The notes under the pieces: model-generated
The model's database searches: none
Seen by the model: the letters and a program-made list of their open reading frames with translations, nothing else
What the model was told of the DNA's origin: nothing
Made by a program: the position numbers and the translations under genes
Source of the DNA: Nitrospira sp.
Lineage (GTDB): Bacteria > Nitrospirota > Nitrospiria > Nitrospirales > Nitrospiraceae
Length of the DNA stretch: 64,000 nt
Assembly (NCBI GenBank): GCA_029194725.1
Contig: JARFXQ010000013.1
Coordinates: forward strand, 2,611 to 66,610
Direction: 5' to 3'
In this document: one piece after another, positions 9,954 to 19,423 of the stretch
Layout: every line of letters starts with the position of its first letter
Numbering within the stretch: the stretch's first letter is position 1

Positions 9954-10484
9954 ATGAAAGACCCCATCCAACCAGCATCCCTTGCTTGGCCGTTGGGCCT
10001 GATCGTCGCGATCGTGATCGGCGCCGGTTCAGTATGGGCTGTTCCCATGATAAATGACCCGAACGGATTTCACGATATTTCTTGGGGAACCTCCTTATCT
10101 GCGCGCCAGGACCTGGAACCGATCCAGGCAGATCCGCATATCGTCGAATATCTCCGCAAGACAGAGCCGTTGGCATTCGCGGGGGCTGAAATGACCAGGA
10201 TTCTTTATCTTTCGGTGGATGATCAATTCGCGCGGGTCATCATTCGGTATCAAGGGGGCCCCATCCATAGGCAGGTGCTAAGTTTCTTGGAAAACTGCTT
10301 CGGTCGACTGGAGCACATTCCAGGAGAAATGGCGCGAGGACTCACCCAACAATACAACTGGCGCGGGCCCGACACCGAAATCAATCTGACCTATCAAGCC
10401 GGTACAGAACGTGGCTACATTTTTATCGATAGTCGCTCGCTCGCACCACGGTTTAACGACTACATCACCGATTTTCCGCAGTAG
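9954..10484 (+). CDS. Hypothetical exported protein
   Basis: 176 aa ORF with an N-terminal hydrophobic signal; no recognised domain. Confidence 0.7.
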   Translation: MKDPIQPASLAWPLGLIVAIVIGAGSVWAVPMINDPNGFHDISWGTSLSARQDLEPIQADPHIVEYLRKTEPLAFAGAEMTRILYLSVDDQFARVIIRYQGGPIHRQVLSFLENCFGRLEHIPGEMARGLTQQYNWRGPDTEINLTYQAGTERGYIFIDSRSLAPRFNDYITDFPQ

Positions 10485-10832
10485 TTCGATGAATGCCTCA
10501 CTCTGAGAAGGTCACACAAGCGGCGATTGCCATGCCTTGCCTATTCGACTCATTGCAGTCCACATTGACGTTCTCACCGTAAACGACCGAACGGATTCGA
10601 TGACATGCCCTGAGGACAATCAAGGCCTATGCTTGGCATGGTTTTCTTTACGAAAGTGACATTGCGATTTGAAAGTGGGTTCGATTACGGCATCGGCATT
10701 TCTCGAAAATCACACACTGCCGGAAGAAATCGCTGAGGGAACCGCGCCTACAACCTTTTGACCCCGCTGGAACCAGGTCGGACAAAAGTTTCCATTGACA
10801 AGCACCGCACGCTTTCGCATCATGTGCCTCAT

Positions 10833-12524
10833 ATGGCCAACGTCATGTCCAACGCAGCAAAACTCCGAGCTGCCTTAAAACGGCCGGGTGCACTGAAGAT
10901 TGTGGGGGCTCACGATGCACTCAGTGCTCGTCTCATCGAACGCGCTGGGTTCGACGGCGTCTGGGCGAGCGGCTTCGCCATTTCAGCCTCTCTGAAATGT
11001 ATCCCCGACGCCAGTTTTATCACCTCAAGCGAGCAGCTCGATGTCGAACGAAATATCGTTGAGGCCGTGAGTATTCCTGTGATTGCTGATTGCGACACAG
11101 GATACGGCAACGCGTTGAATGTCATGAGGACGGTTACCGATCGGGAGCGGGCTGGCGTGGCTGCTATTTGCATCGAGGACAACGTCTATCCAAAGCGCTG
11201 CAGTTTTTACGCAGGTGTCCGACGGGAATTGATTCCCATTGAAGAACACTGCGGCAAGATACGAGCGGCGAAAGCGGCACAGGTTTTCCCAGAATTCATG
11301 GTCATCGCCAGAACCGAGGCACTCATCGCGGGCTGGGGACAGGAGGAAGCCCTGAAACGGGCTGAAGCCTATGCAGATGCTGGCGCCGACGCAATCCTGA
11401 TCCATTCGAAATCGAAAAAGTTTGACGAGCTGAAGGCCTTGTACAAATTGTGGTCCGGGCGCGCCCCGCTGGTCGTGGTCCCAACGATTTTCGACCAGAC
11501 TACCGCGGCGGAAATGGAAGAAGCTGGAGCGAAGATCATCATTTATGCCAACCAACCGGTGCGGGCGGCCATCCGTGCTATGACAGACACGCTGGATCTC
11601 ATCAAGAAGGACACACGCCCCGGAGCGGCGAACGGCCGGATCGTCACGCTACCCGAAGTGTACGAGATTGTTGGTGTCCCGCAAATGGAGCAAGACGAGA
11701 AACAGTTCCTTCCGGTGGGTAGCGAACGAATCACCGCGATTATCGCCGCCGCTGGATTCGAAAAACAGCTCCTGCCGTTGATTGAGGACAAGCCGAAGTG
11801 CCTGCTCGACATTAAGGGGAAAACCATCCTTGATCGCCAGATCAGCGCACTCAACGAATGCGACATCAAAGAAATTGCATTGGTTCGCGGGTACAAGAAA
11901 GAAGCGATTTCGCTACCCAATATTCGCTACTACGATAATGATCGTTACGAGGAAACTGGTGAGCTGGCTTCTCTCTTCTGTGCCGAAAATGAGTTAAGAG
12001 GACGGACGATCGTTTTGTACGGCGATATCATCTTTGATACCGCAATCCTTGAAAAGTTGCTCAAGAGTCCCGCCGACATTGCTTTGGTTGTCGACCTGGC
12101 CTGGTTTGATCAGGAACAACGAAATGCTCAGCCGACCCATCTTAATCCGGATCTTGTCTCACTAGCAGCTCCACCGGGCAAGAGCTATTTATCCCGATTT
12201 GTGATGCCGGAAGGTGAGCACCAGGTAGTTAAGATCGGTCAGCAACTTCCGTGCGAACTGGCACATGGTGAATTCATCGGTATGGCCATGTTCTCAGAGA
12301 AGGGCACTCAAGCTCTTCGCGAGTGCTACCACAGGGCCAAGAACCAACATCAGTCATCCCTGTTCCACGAGTCAGCAACCCTTGCCAAGGCATCTTTCAC
12401 CGATATGCTGCAAGAACTGATTGACCAGGGCTATCGCATCCAAGCCGTGCCGATTTTTAAGGGATGGATGGAAGTCGATTCCTTCGAAGAGTACCAAAAA
12501 GCCTGGGCAAAGATTCGACAGTAA
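10833..12524 (+). CDS. pepM: Phosphoenolpyruvate mutase-like (ICL/PepM superfamily) protein fused to a C-terminal cytidylyltransferase domain
   Basis: GAHDALSA, WASG, DCDTGYG, EDNVYPKRCS, IARTEA and ADAILIHS motifs. C-terminal IIAAAG..PKCLL..WMEVD domain. The pepM call rests on gene context. Confidence 0.78.
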   Translation: MANVMSNAAKLRAALKRPGALKIVGAHDALSARLIERAGFDGVWASGFAISASLKCIPDASFITSSEQLDVERNIVEAVSIPVIADCDTGYGNALNVMRTVTDRERAGVAAICIEDNVYPKRCSFYAGVRRELIPIEEHCGKIRAAKAAQVFPEFMVIARTEALIAGWGQEEALKRAEAYADAGADAILIHSKSKKFDELKALYKLWSGRAPLVVVPTIFDQTTAAEMEEAGAKIIIYANQPVRAAIRAMTDTLDLIKKDTRPGAANGRIVTLPEVYEIVGVPQMEQDEKQFLPVGSERITAIIAAAGFEKQLLPLIEDKPKCLLDIKGKTILDRQISALNECDIKEIALVRGYKKEAISLPNIRYYDNDRYEETGELASLFCAENELRGRTIVLYGDIIFDTAILEKLLKSPADIALVVDLAWFDQEQRNAQPTHLNPDLVSLAAPPGKSYLSRFVMPEGEHQVVKIGQQLPCELAHGEFIGMAMFSEKGTQALRECYHRAKNQHQSSLFHESATLAKASFTDMLQELIDQGYRIQAVPIFKGWMEVDSFEEYQKAWAKIRQ

Positions 12525-12658
12525 TGCCTCTCATCGTGTGGTAGGCGGCCTCCTCGCCAGCAGGAATATTCCTTACTTAAATGAGGCGCGTCCTGTCGCT
12601 TCTCTTTGCTACGCTCCTTTGCTGAATTGATTAGGAAGATAGTTCAAACGACGCTATC

Positions 12659-13063
12659 ATGATGAAACTTACGATGAGTGGCCGAAAATCCTACGTGCCT
12701 CTAGATAATCGTTACGCCGAACGTGTAGCCGTCACATGTCGAGTGCGCTATGCCGGTGAAGTTTCCACGCAACCCCACCAAGGCGAAGGACTCACAAAAA
12801 ATATATCCGTTTCTGGTTGCCACGTCATCAGCGACCGCCCGGTGACGCGTGGAACATTATTGACCCTTACCATCGCGCTCCCCGATGGACTACCCCAACT
12901 TCTATTAAAGTCGGCGCATGTTGTGTGGGTGTCAGGTTGTCAGTTTTCTGTCCGATTCATGGATCTGAACCGAGACCATCGAAAGCGTCTTCAATCGTTC
13001 ATTTGGAAAAGCATCTCCCATCACACTGTGAGCGACCAACGAACTCGATTCCGACTTATGTAA
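12659..13063 (+). CDS. PilZ-domain protein
   Basis: RYAER and NISVSG motifs. Confidence 0.85.
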   Translation: MMKLTMSGRKSYVPLDNRYAERVAVTCRVRYAGEVSTQPHQGEGLTKNISVSGCHVISDRPVTRGTLLTLTIALPDGLPQLLLKSAHVVWVSGCQFSVRFMDLNRDHRKRLQSFIWKSISHHTVSDQRTRFRLM

Positions 13064-13350
13064 CCCAGCCTCCGTCCTTCCGATACTGCCGCGATTCTTT
13101 TCATGAACGGGCTTAAATGCTCATTAGCTCCTGAGCCCTCGTATACCGCCTTCTGAGCCCCCCTTCTGGATCCAGCGCTACCCCTCATCTAGTGGGAAGC
13201 CACGGTTGACTCTGAGCGCTAGCCTTCATCCATACGAAATCTCCAAACAAAGGAAACGATTTTGCAGACTCGCAACACGGGAGGCAAGAATCATAAGAAC
13301 TGGTGAGGATCCGGCGGTCCGAAACAGGTATACAGACAGGAGGTGTAAGG

Positions 13351-13734
13351 ATGAAACAGATGAAGCACTTGAGACCATCAGGAATATCTTGCTCATCTCA
13401 TTCGATTGAGCGCCGCAGAACGACAAGGACTTGTGCCTCCTTTGGTCTCATGTATTCAGGAATCAAGGAGGACGACGTTCTCATTGGAGACGGTAGCGCT
13501 GTCGATCTATCCGAAGGAGGATTGGGCATTCGTGGAAACCGTCCTGTCAATGTGGGCATGGAGTTGACCCTGTTTTTATATCTCTTAGACGACGAGGAAC
13601 CCCTCTTCGTTTCCGAAGCGACGGTCGTCTGGACGGCGGGAACTCTGTTTGGTGTGGAACTGAAGGAAGTGAGCCTCCGGGATGGGGATCGGATGCTGTC
13701 GTTTCTCCGTGCCCAATCGGTAGGCCAGGTATAA
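13351..13734 (+). CDS. PilZ-domain protein
   Basis: SD AGGAGG before ATG 13351; RRTTR and DLSEGG motifs. Confidence 0.85.
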   Translation: MKQMKHLRPSGISCSSHSIERRRTTRTCASFGLMYSGIKEDDVLIGDGSAVDLSEGGLGIRGNRPVNVGMELTLFLYLLDDEEPLFVSEATVVWTAGTLFGVELKEVSLRDGDRMLSFLRAQSVGQV

Positions 13735-13838
13735 TGGATTCGATGGGTTATGCGTTCTGATGTCAAAATTCTTTCGCACTAGGATCTCCGTATCGGTCTG
13801 CTCGATCCCACCTTGTCATCCTTACCAACATCATGCTA

Positions 13839-13872
13839 ATTCATGGTGAGTGACTACTCACTCACCATGAAT
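13839..13872. promoter_or_regulatory. Perfect 15-bp inverted repeat, probable TetR operator
   Basis: ATTCATGGTGAGTGA-CTAC-TCACTCACCATGAAT, overlapping the tetR start codon. Confidence 0.75.
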
Positions 13873-14510
13873 AGAACAAGGGCGTCGTCTCGTCAACGGC
13901 GTAAACCGTCACGAACCTCAGGTCATGACCGGCAGGCCAGTCTGATCAGTGCTGCAACATCGTTATTTTCCGCCAACGGCTTTACCGGAACGACCGCTAA
14001 GCAAATCGCCAAGGCTGCCGGTGTCACTGAAGCACTACTCTTCAAGTACTTTCCGACCAAGCATGTGCAATACACGGCAATTCTCGCTGAAAAGACTCAA
14101 TACTCCGAATTGCGAGAAGCCGTCGAAGTAGCAACCAACGAACAAGATGATGAACGGCTCTTTACATTGCTCGCCAGCGATCGGCTCAGAAAGGGTGCGG
14201 ATCTAACGATGATTTGCCTACCCATTTTCAGTGCCTTGGAAGGACATGAGCTGCCTAACATGTTTTTTCAGCAGCAGTATCGAGTCTTTCACGATCTTCT
14301 CGCAGGCTACATTTGACGACGCATCGGGGATGGCGCTTTCCGTCCAGTCGATCCGTGCTTGCAGCCAAAGCATTTTTCGGTATCATCCTCCACCATCGGT
14401 TACTGCGCGATATCCTTGGGTTACCCATGCATCTGTGTCATGAAGCATCGGTGGTTAAATATGTTTCTCTTTTCCTCGGCGGACTTGTCCAGCAGTCACC
14501 AGACTCGTAG
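13867..14510 (+). pseudogene. TetR/AcrR-family repressor, interrupted
   Basis: HTH (GFTGTTAKQIAKAAGVTEALLFKYFPTK). In-frame TGA at 14314-14316 is followed by RRIGDGAFRPVDP, then a frame change near 14355 into VLAAKAFFGIILHHRLL... Confidence 0.75.
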
Positions 14511-14525
14511 CTGAACGGCACCACC

Positions 14526-15713
14526 ATGACTCGACTCGTCCAACATCCATTTCTAGCCCTTGGGATCGTCATCTTTATTGCCATCACGGTGCTTGTCGCC
14601 TTTCGCCTGAGCACCGGTGCGAAAACCGATACAAAGAGGGCGCGGCTCATTACCGTAGGCGTCGTGTCCCCGCTACGGCAGGATCTCGATATTCGTTTGG
14701 CCTATACGGCGGACATCTCGCCCAACCAAATCGTCAATATCTTTTCACGGGTAGACGGCCATATCGAAAAGCTGCATGTCGACAAAGGTGATTTTGTCAT
14801 GGCGAATCAGTTACTGGTTGAAATCGACCATACGGATTATCGGCACGCGGTGAATCAGGCGAAGGCTAATCTTTCAGCGGCCAAAGCGAAGGTTGCACAA
14901 CAGGATGCCGTGGTTCGCAATGCTCAGCTCACCTTCGATCGCATGCAGGCACTCATTAAAGAGCAATTCGTCTCGCAGCAAGATCTAGATAATGCACAGG
15001 TGAACCTTGATGCTGCTGAAGCCGCAAAAGTATCTTTGCAAGCACAAGTCAATCAAATGAACGTCGCCCTGGCTCAGGCAGAGAGGAACCTGGCCTACTC
15101 CTATATCCGAGCCCCGTTTTCCGGTTATATCGCGGAACGAAATTTAGACACCGGAGCCTATGTAAGCAGCGCAACTGCAAGCACCTCGACAATGTCGCGA
15201 GGCATCATGAGCCTACATGACATCCATACGGTCCGTGTGTTGATCGAAGTCGTCGAGCGAGACATCCCGCTGGTGAAGATTGGCCAAAAGGCTGAGCTCC
15301 GTGCAGAAGCCTATCCGGACCAGGTATTCGAAGGAGCAGTCACACGTATCGTCCAGGCCTTGAATCGTGCGACGCGTACGATGACTGTAGAAGTCGACTT
15401 GTCCAACAGGGATCGTCGGTTAAAAGGAGGCATGTTTGCCCGAGTTGAGGTCATGGTAGGAACCCATCGCCAAGCGTTGCAAATTCCCATTGATGCCGTT
15501 AGCCGACTCGAAGATACGCAATATCTCTATGTCGTCCGAGAGGGGAAGGCCCAGCGAGTGCATGTCGAGATCGGCGCCCATAGTGGCCACCATGTCGAAA
15601 TCACCAAAGGCTTGACTGGCGATGAACAGATCATTGTCGCCGGTAAAGACTTGGTCCACGACGGCACACCAGTACAAATCGAGCCCCTGCCGGCTGTGAA
15701 CCGTGAAACGTAA
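14526..15713 (+). CDS. RND efflux periplasmic adaptor (membrane fusion protein)
   Basis: N-terminal TM anchor, lipoyl-like halves, coiled-coil hairpin, IRAPFSG and GMFARV motifs. Confidence 0.92.
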   Translation: MTRLVQHPFLALGIVIFIAITVLVAFRLSTGAKTDTKRARLITVGVVSPLRQDLDIRLAYTADISPNQIVNIFSRVDGHIEKLHVDKGDFVMANQLLVEIDHTDYRHAVNQAKANLSAAKAKVAQQDAVVRNAQLTFDRMQALIKEQFVSQQDLDNAQVNLDAAEAAKVSLQAQVNQMNVALAQAERNLAYSYIRAPFSGYIAERNLDTGAYVSSATASTSTMSRGIMSLHDIHTVRVLIEVVERDIPLVKIGQKAELRAEAYPDQVFEGAVTRIVQALNRATRTMTVEVDLSNRDRRLKGGMFARVEVMVGTHRQALQIPIDAVSRLEDTQYLYVVREGKAQRVHVEIGAHSGHHVEITKGLTGDEQIIVAGKDLVHDGTPVQIEPLPAVNRET

Positions 15714-15729
15714 GACGTGAAACGCGAAG
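15695..15729 (+). repeat. Heptamer tandem repeat (CGTGAAA-like x5)
   Basis: TGTGAAC CGTGAAA CGTAAGA CGTGAAA CGCGAAG across the adaptor stop codon. Confidence 0.7.
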
Positions 15730-15799
15730 GAGTGCTACTTCTGGATAGCCCTCGCGACTCCGTGACTGACGCCCGCTCGTTCGCCTATCGCCGATCTAT

Positions 15800-18700
15800 A
15801 TGTGGTTGACTCTGCTTGCATTACGCAATCGCATCGGCATCATGATGTTGTCACTTGCGATGGTGGTATTAGGGCTGACGTCTCTCCAGCGCTTGCCGGT
15901 TGATCTCTTCCCGCAAATCCAGGTTCCGGTCGCCTTTGTTGGTGTTATTTACAAAGGAGCTCCGCCACTCGACATCGAACAGAGCGTCGTATACCCCATT
16001 GAAAAAGCCGTCAGCTCTGCTTCCAATGTCGAACATGTCGAATCGTTCAGTAAACAGGGGCTCGGAGCCGTACAAATCTGGTTCAACTGGGGAGCCGACA
16101 TTAATGTCGGCCAAATGGAGGTGATGCAGCGTATCACCCAGATTTTGAATAGCCTCCCACCGGGCATTCTGCAGCCCTTTATCGTCAAATTCGACGTCTC
16201 CAATATACCCGTCTCGATCGTTTCGGTATCAAGCGATGGGCTGGACGAGCGGGGGCTTTATGATCTTGCCTACAACACAATCGCCCCACAGATTGAGCAG
16301 ATCGCTAATGTTGCAGCAGCAACCGTCGAGGGAGGCAAGATCCGCCAGATCAATATCAACCTAGATCCTGCGCTCCTCAGTGCCCGTGGGCTCTCCATTC
16401 TCGATGTCGTGAAATCCGTCAAAGCCTCGAATTTGATTCTGCCTTCCGGCAACATCAGAGCTGGCAACCTTGACTACAATGTATTTACGAACAACCAGTT
16501 TCGAACAGTGGATCCGATCCAGGACGTCATCGTGAAGGTGAATCAGTTGGGCAATCCGGTTCGCGTGCGTGACATAGGGACCGTGACAGACTCGTCTGAT
16601 ATCCAAACAAACATCGTTCATGCCGATGGTGCCAGATCCGTGTTCCTTCGTGTGAACAAACAGCCGATCGCCAACACGGTTGAGGTTGTGGATGCTCTAC
16701 GCGCAGCCCTCCCCAAAATGTTCGGCATCCCTCAAGGAGTGAAACTTGGCATTTCGTTCGATCAGTCCCTTTATATCCGTCAATCGATCCACAATCTGAT
16801 TGAACAGGCCCTGCACGGCTCGTTATTGGCTGCAGTCGTGATTCTGATCTTCTTGCGCAACTTCACAAGTACCATGATCATTTCGGTGGCCATTCCGCTC
16901 TCCATGCTCGTGACGTTTATCGTCCTCTATTTTGCCGGCCAAACCCTTAACGTCTTCACGCTTGGTGGGCTGGCGCTCGGGATTGGGCGGCTGGTTGATG
17001 ATTCGATCGTGGAGCTGGAGAACATCCAACGCCATCTTAATACTAATTCCAACCGGTGGGATAGTATCCTCGAAGCCGCTCGGGAAGTGGCGATGCCGAT
17101 CTTTGCCTCGACTGTCACGACGGTGGTGGTCTTTCTCCCGATGTTCTTCGTCGTCGGGATCGCGCGATTGTTGTTGATCCCGTTGACCGTGACGATCGCG
17201 ATTGCGCTCTTCACTTCTTTTTTGACCTCCCGTACAGTCACACCGGCGCTCTGCTACAAATTCCTCAAATCTGAGGACGAAGCCTGGAGGTCAATGCCGA
17301 GCTGGTTTATCAAACTGATGAAGCGGAGCCGCAACCTGTATGACTCTCTCGATGGAAGTTACGAAGACTCCTTGCGATGGGTACTGGGACATCGCAGGAT
17401 CTTTATCGCCTCGGTGCTGCTGCTCTTTGTCGGATCACTTACTTTGGTTCCGCTGATTGGAACGGAGTTCTTGCCGGTTTCCGATGAGAGCCAGTTTCGC
17501 ATTGTCCTCCGGGCGCCGGTCGGCCAACGGGTCGAAAAGACCGAACAGCAGGTTTCAGAAGTTGAACGGGTGCTCCGAGCCAATATTCCCACGACTGAAT
17601 TAGAGACGATCGTCTCGAGTACAGGTATTCTGTCGCAAGGTCGCTCATCGCTCTTCAACCCCAACACAGGACCCCATACGTCTTCGATTCAAGTGTACTT
17701 GGCCTCACCGGACAAGCGGAACAGAACTCAAGTCGAGATCATGAACGATGTGCGCCCTAAGATCGTCAAACTGTTTCCCGGGGTCTCGATGTATTTCGAT
17801 CCCGGCGGTCTCGTCAAACGTGTTACGAGCTTCGGCTCTCAAAAGGCAGTTGATGTGGAAATTTATGGCTATGACTTTGAAAAAGCGAGAGATGTCATCG
17901 CCCGTGTCAAGGAGATCATGGAGCAAACTCCCGGCCTGGCGGACATTGAACCGAGTCGGGAAGAAAACTATCCGGAGGTCAACGTCACGGTCGATCGAGA
18001 GAAGGCCGCACTGCTCGGCATCAGCGAAGCCGACGTGGCAAACGCTGTCCTATTTTCTCTGAACGGAAACGGCCAAACCGACCCGATCATTTACACGGAT
18101 CCGCAAAGCGGTAATGAATACTTCATCAGCGCCTGGCTTGCTGAAGAGCATCGAAAGAATCTGACGGACTTAGAGCATATTCTTCTCACCACCAAAGCCG
18201 GCGAGCCTGTCTTACTGAAGAACGTGGCTTCCCTCAAGTTGAACGCAGGACCCGTGAAAGTCGATCGAAAGTATTTCCAGCGCGTGGTTCACGTAACGGC
18301 TAATCCTACTACCCGGGCGCTTGGCGAGATTGCCGAGGATCTCGAGTCGGCGTTCGCCACACTTCAGTTGCCGGCAGGCTTCAGCGTCAAATTAGCCGGA
18401 CAAATTCAGCAGCAGCGGGAAACCTTCCAAGGCTTGCAGTTCGCGATCGTCCTGGCGCTCTTGTTGGTCTACATGGTCATGGCCGCGCAATTTAAGTCGC
18501 TCATCGACCCATTCATCATCATGTTTTCAGTGCCGATGGGATTTCCGGGTGTCATCTTGATGCTCTTCCTGACGGATACGACGCTGTCCACCACATCGAT
18601 GATGGGCATCATCATGATGTTTGGGATTGTGGTCTCAAACGGTGTCCTGTTGGTCGATTACACCAACGTGCTGCGGCGTAGAGGGGAATTACTTCACCGA

Positions 18701-18949
18701 GCAGTCGTGACCGCCGCACGAACCAGACTGCGTCCGATTCTCATGACCTCACTGGCCACGGTCTTCGGCCTTCTTCCCATGGCGATCGGCCTTGGAACCG
18801 GCGGAGAAACCAACGCGCCTTTGGCACGGGCGGTCGTCGGAGGGTTGAGCGTCTCTACACTCCTCACATTATTTCTCGTTCCAATGATGTACGCGATCTT
18901 AGAAGAACGGTTTCCGAGAAGACTTGACTTGGAAATGCGAGATCAATAG
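15800..18949 (+). CDS. RND efflux permease (AcrB/AcrD/AcrF family)
   Basis: 1049 aa with LPVDLFP, GRLVDDSIVELENI and RLRPILMTS motifs. Confidence 0.95.
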   Translation: MWLTLLALRNRIGIMMLSLAMVVLGLTSLQRLPVDLFPQIQVPVAFVGVIYKGAPPLDIEQSVVYPIEKAVSSASNVEHVESFSKQGLGAVQIWFNWGADINVGQMEVMQRITQILNSLPPGILQPFIVKFDVSNIPVSIVSVSSDGLDERGLYDLAYNTIAPQIEQIANVAAATVEGGKIRQININLDPALLSARGLSILDVVKSVKASNLILPSGNIRAGNLDYNVFTNNQFRTVDPIQDVIVKVNQLGNPVRVRDIGTVTDSSDIQTNIVHADGARSVFLRVNKQPIANTVEVVDALRAALPKMFGIPQGVKLGISFDQSLYIRQSIHNLIEQALHGSLLAAVVILIFLRNFTSTMIISVAIPLSMLVTFIVLYFAGQTLNVFTLGGLALGIGRLVDDSIVELENIQRHLNTNSNRWDSILEAAREVAMPIFASTVTTVVVFLPMFFVVGIARLLLIPLTVTIAIALFTSFLTSRTVTPALCYKFLKSEDEAWRSMPSWFIKLMKRSRNLYDSLDGSYEDSLRWVLGHRRIFIASVLLLFVGSLTLVPLIGTEFLPVSDESQFRIVLRAPVGQRVEKTEQQVSEVERVLRANIPTTELETIVSSTGILSQGRSSLFNPNTGPHTSSIQVYLASPDKRNRTQVEIMNDVRPKIVKLFPGVSMYFDPGGLVKRVTSFGSQKAVDVEIYGYDFEKARDVIARVKEIMEQTPGLADIEPSREENYPEVNVTVDREKAALLGISEADVANAVLFSLNGNGQTDPIIYTDPQSGNEYFISAWLAEEHRKNLTDLEHILLTTKAGEPVLLKNVASLKLNAGPVKVDRKYFQRVVHVTANPTTRALGEIAEDLESAFATLQLPAGFSVKLAGQIQQQRETFQGLQFAIVLALLLVYMVMAAQFKSLIDPFIIMFSVPMGFPGVILMLFLTDTTLSTTSMMGIIMMFGIVVSNGVLLVDYTNVLRRRGELLHRAVVTAARTRLRPILMTSLATVFGLLPMAIGLGTGGETNAPLARAVVGGLSVSTLLTLFLVPMMYAILEERFPRRLDLEMRDQ

Positions 18950-18990
18950 CAAGCTCAGGCCAGCGGAGGTCCACTCGGGAGTAGTGCTCG

Positions 18991-19329
18991 TTAACCTTCA
19001 GCAACGTTCGGGAACAAGGATTTCAGCTGCATAGCCAGCCCGATATCCCCAGTGACTTGCAAACGCCCCGACATGGCCATCATCACCCCGCTCAGCCGTC
19101 CATTCAGGACCCCGATGCAATCCTCTCCAGTCATCGACAAGATCACATGCGGATCAGAATGGGTTCCATCCTTCACGACGCAGGTTCCATTGTGCACCAG
19201 CAGATGGTACTGGCCGCTTTGATTTCCTCGAAGGTCGAACTGGTAGATGACATCAAGATCTTCAGCTGCATCTTTATTGAATTTTAATGGAAGTGAGTCG
19301 AGCACCTCTCTGACAGTCGGGGCTTTCAT
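18991..19329 (-). CDS. SCP2 sterol/lipid-binding domain protein
   Basis: YQFDLRG...AMSGRLQVTGDIGLAMQL pattern typical of SCP2. Confidence 0.85.
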   Translation of the reverse strand: MKAPTVREVLDSLPLKFNKDAAEDLDVIYQFDLRGNQSGQYHLLVHNGTCVVKDGTHSDPHVILSMTGEDCIGVLNGRLSGVMMAMSGRLQVTGDIGLAMQLKSLFPNVAEG

Positions 19330-19423
19330 GTCTCGATGATACCTGTGACGTTGGATGGTTAAAGTGTTCGGGGGCGCTATTCTCATCTCACGCCCCCGAA
19401 GCGAACTCGATATGGAAAAAGTT

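Noticed and set aside
13064-13350. c-di-GMP riboswitch upstream of a PilZ gene
   Set aside because: I could not find the class I or class II consensus elements by eye; an Rfam search would be decisive.
14314-14316. Selenocysteine or readthrough at the tetR TGA
   Set aside because: The position is not Cys-like, no SECIS-like hairpin is evident, and a separate frameshift follows.
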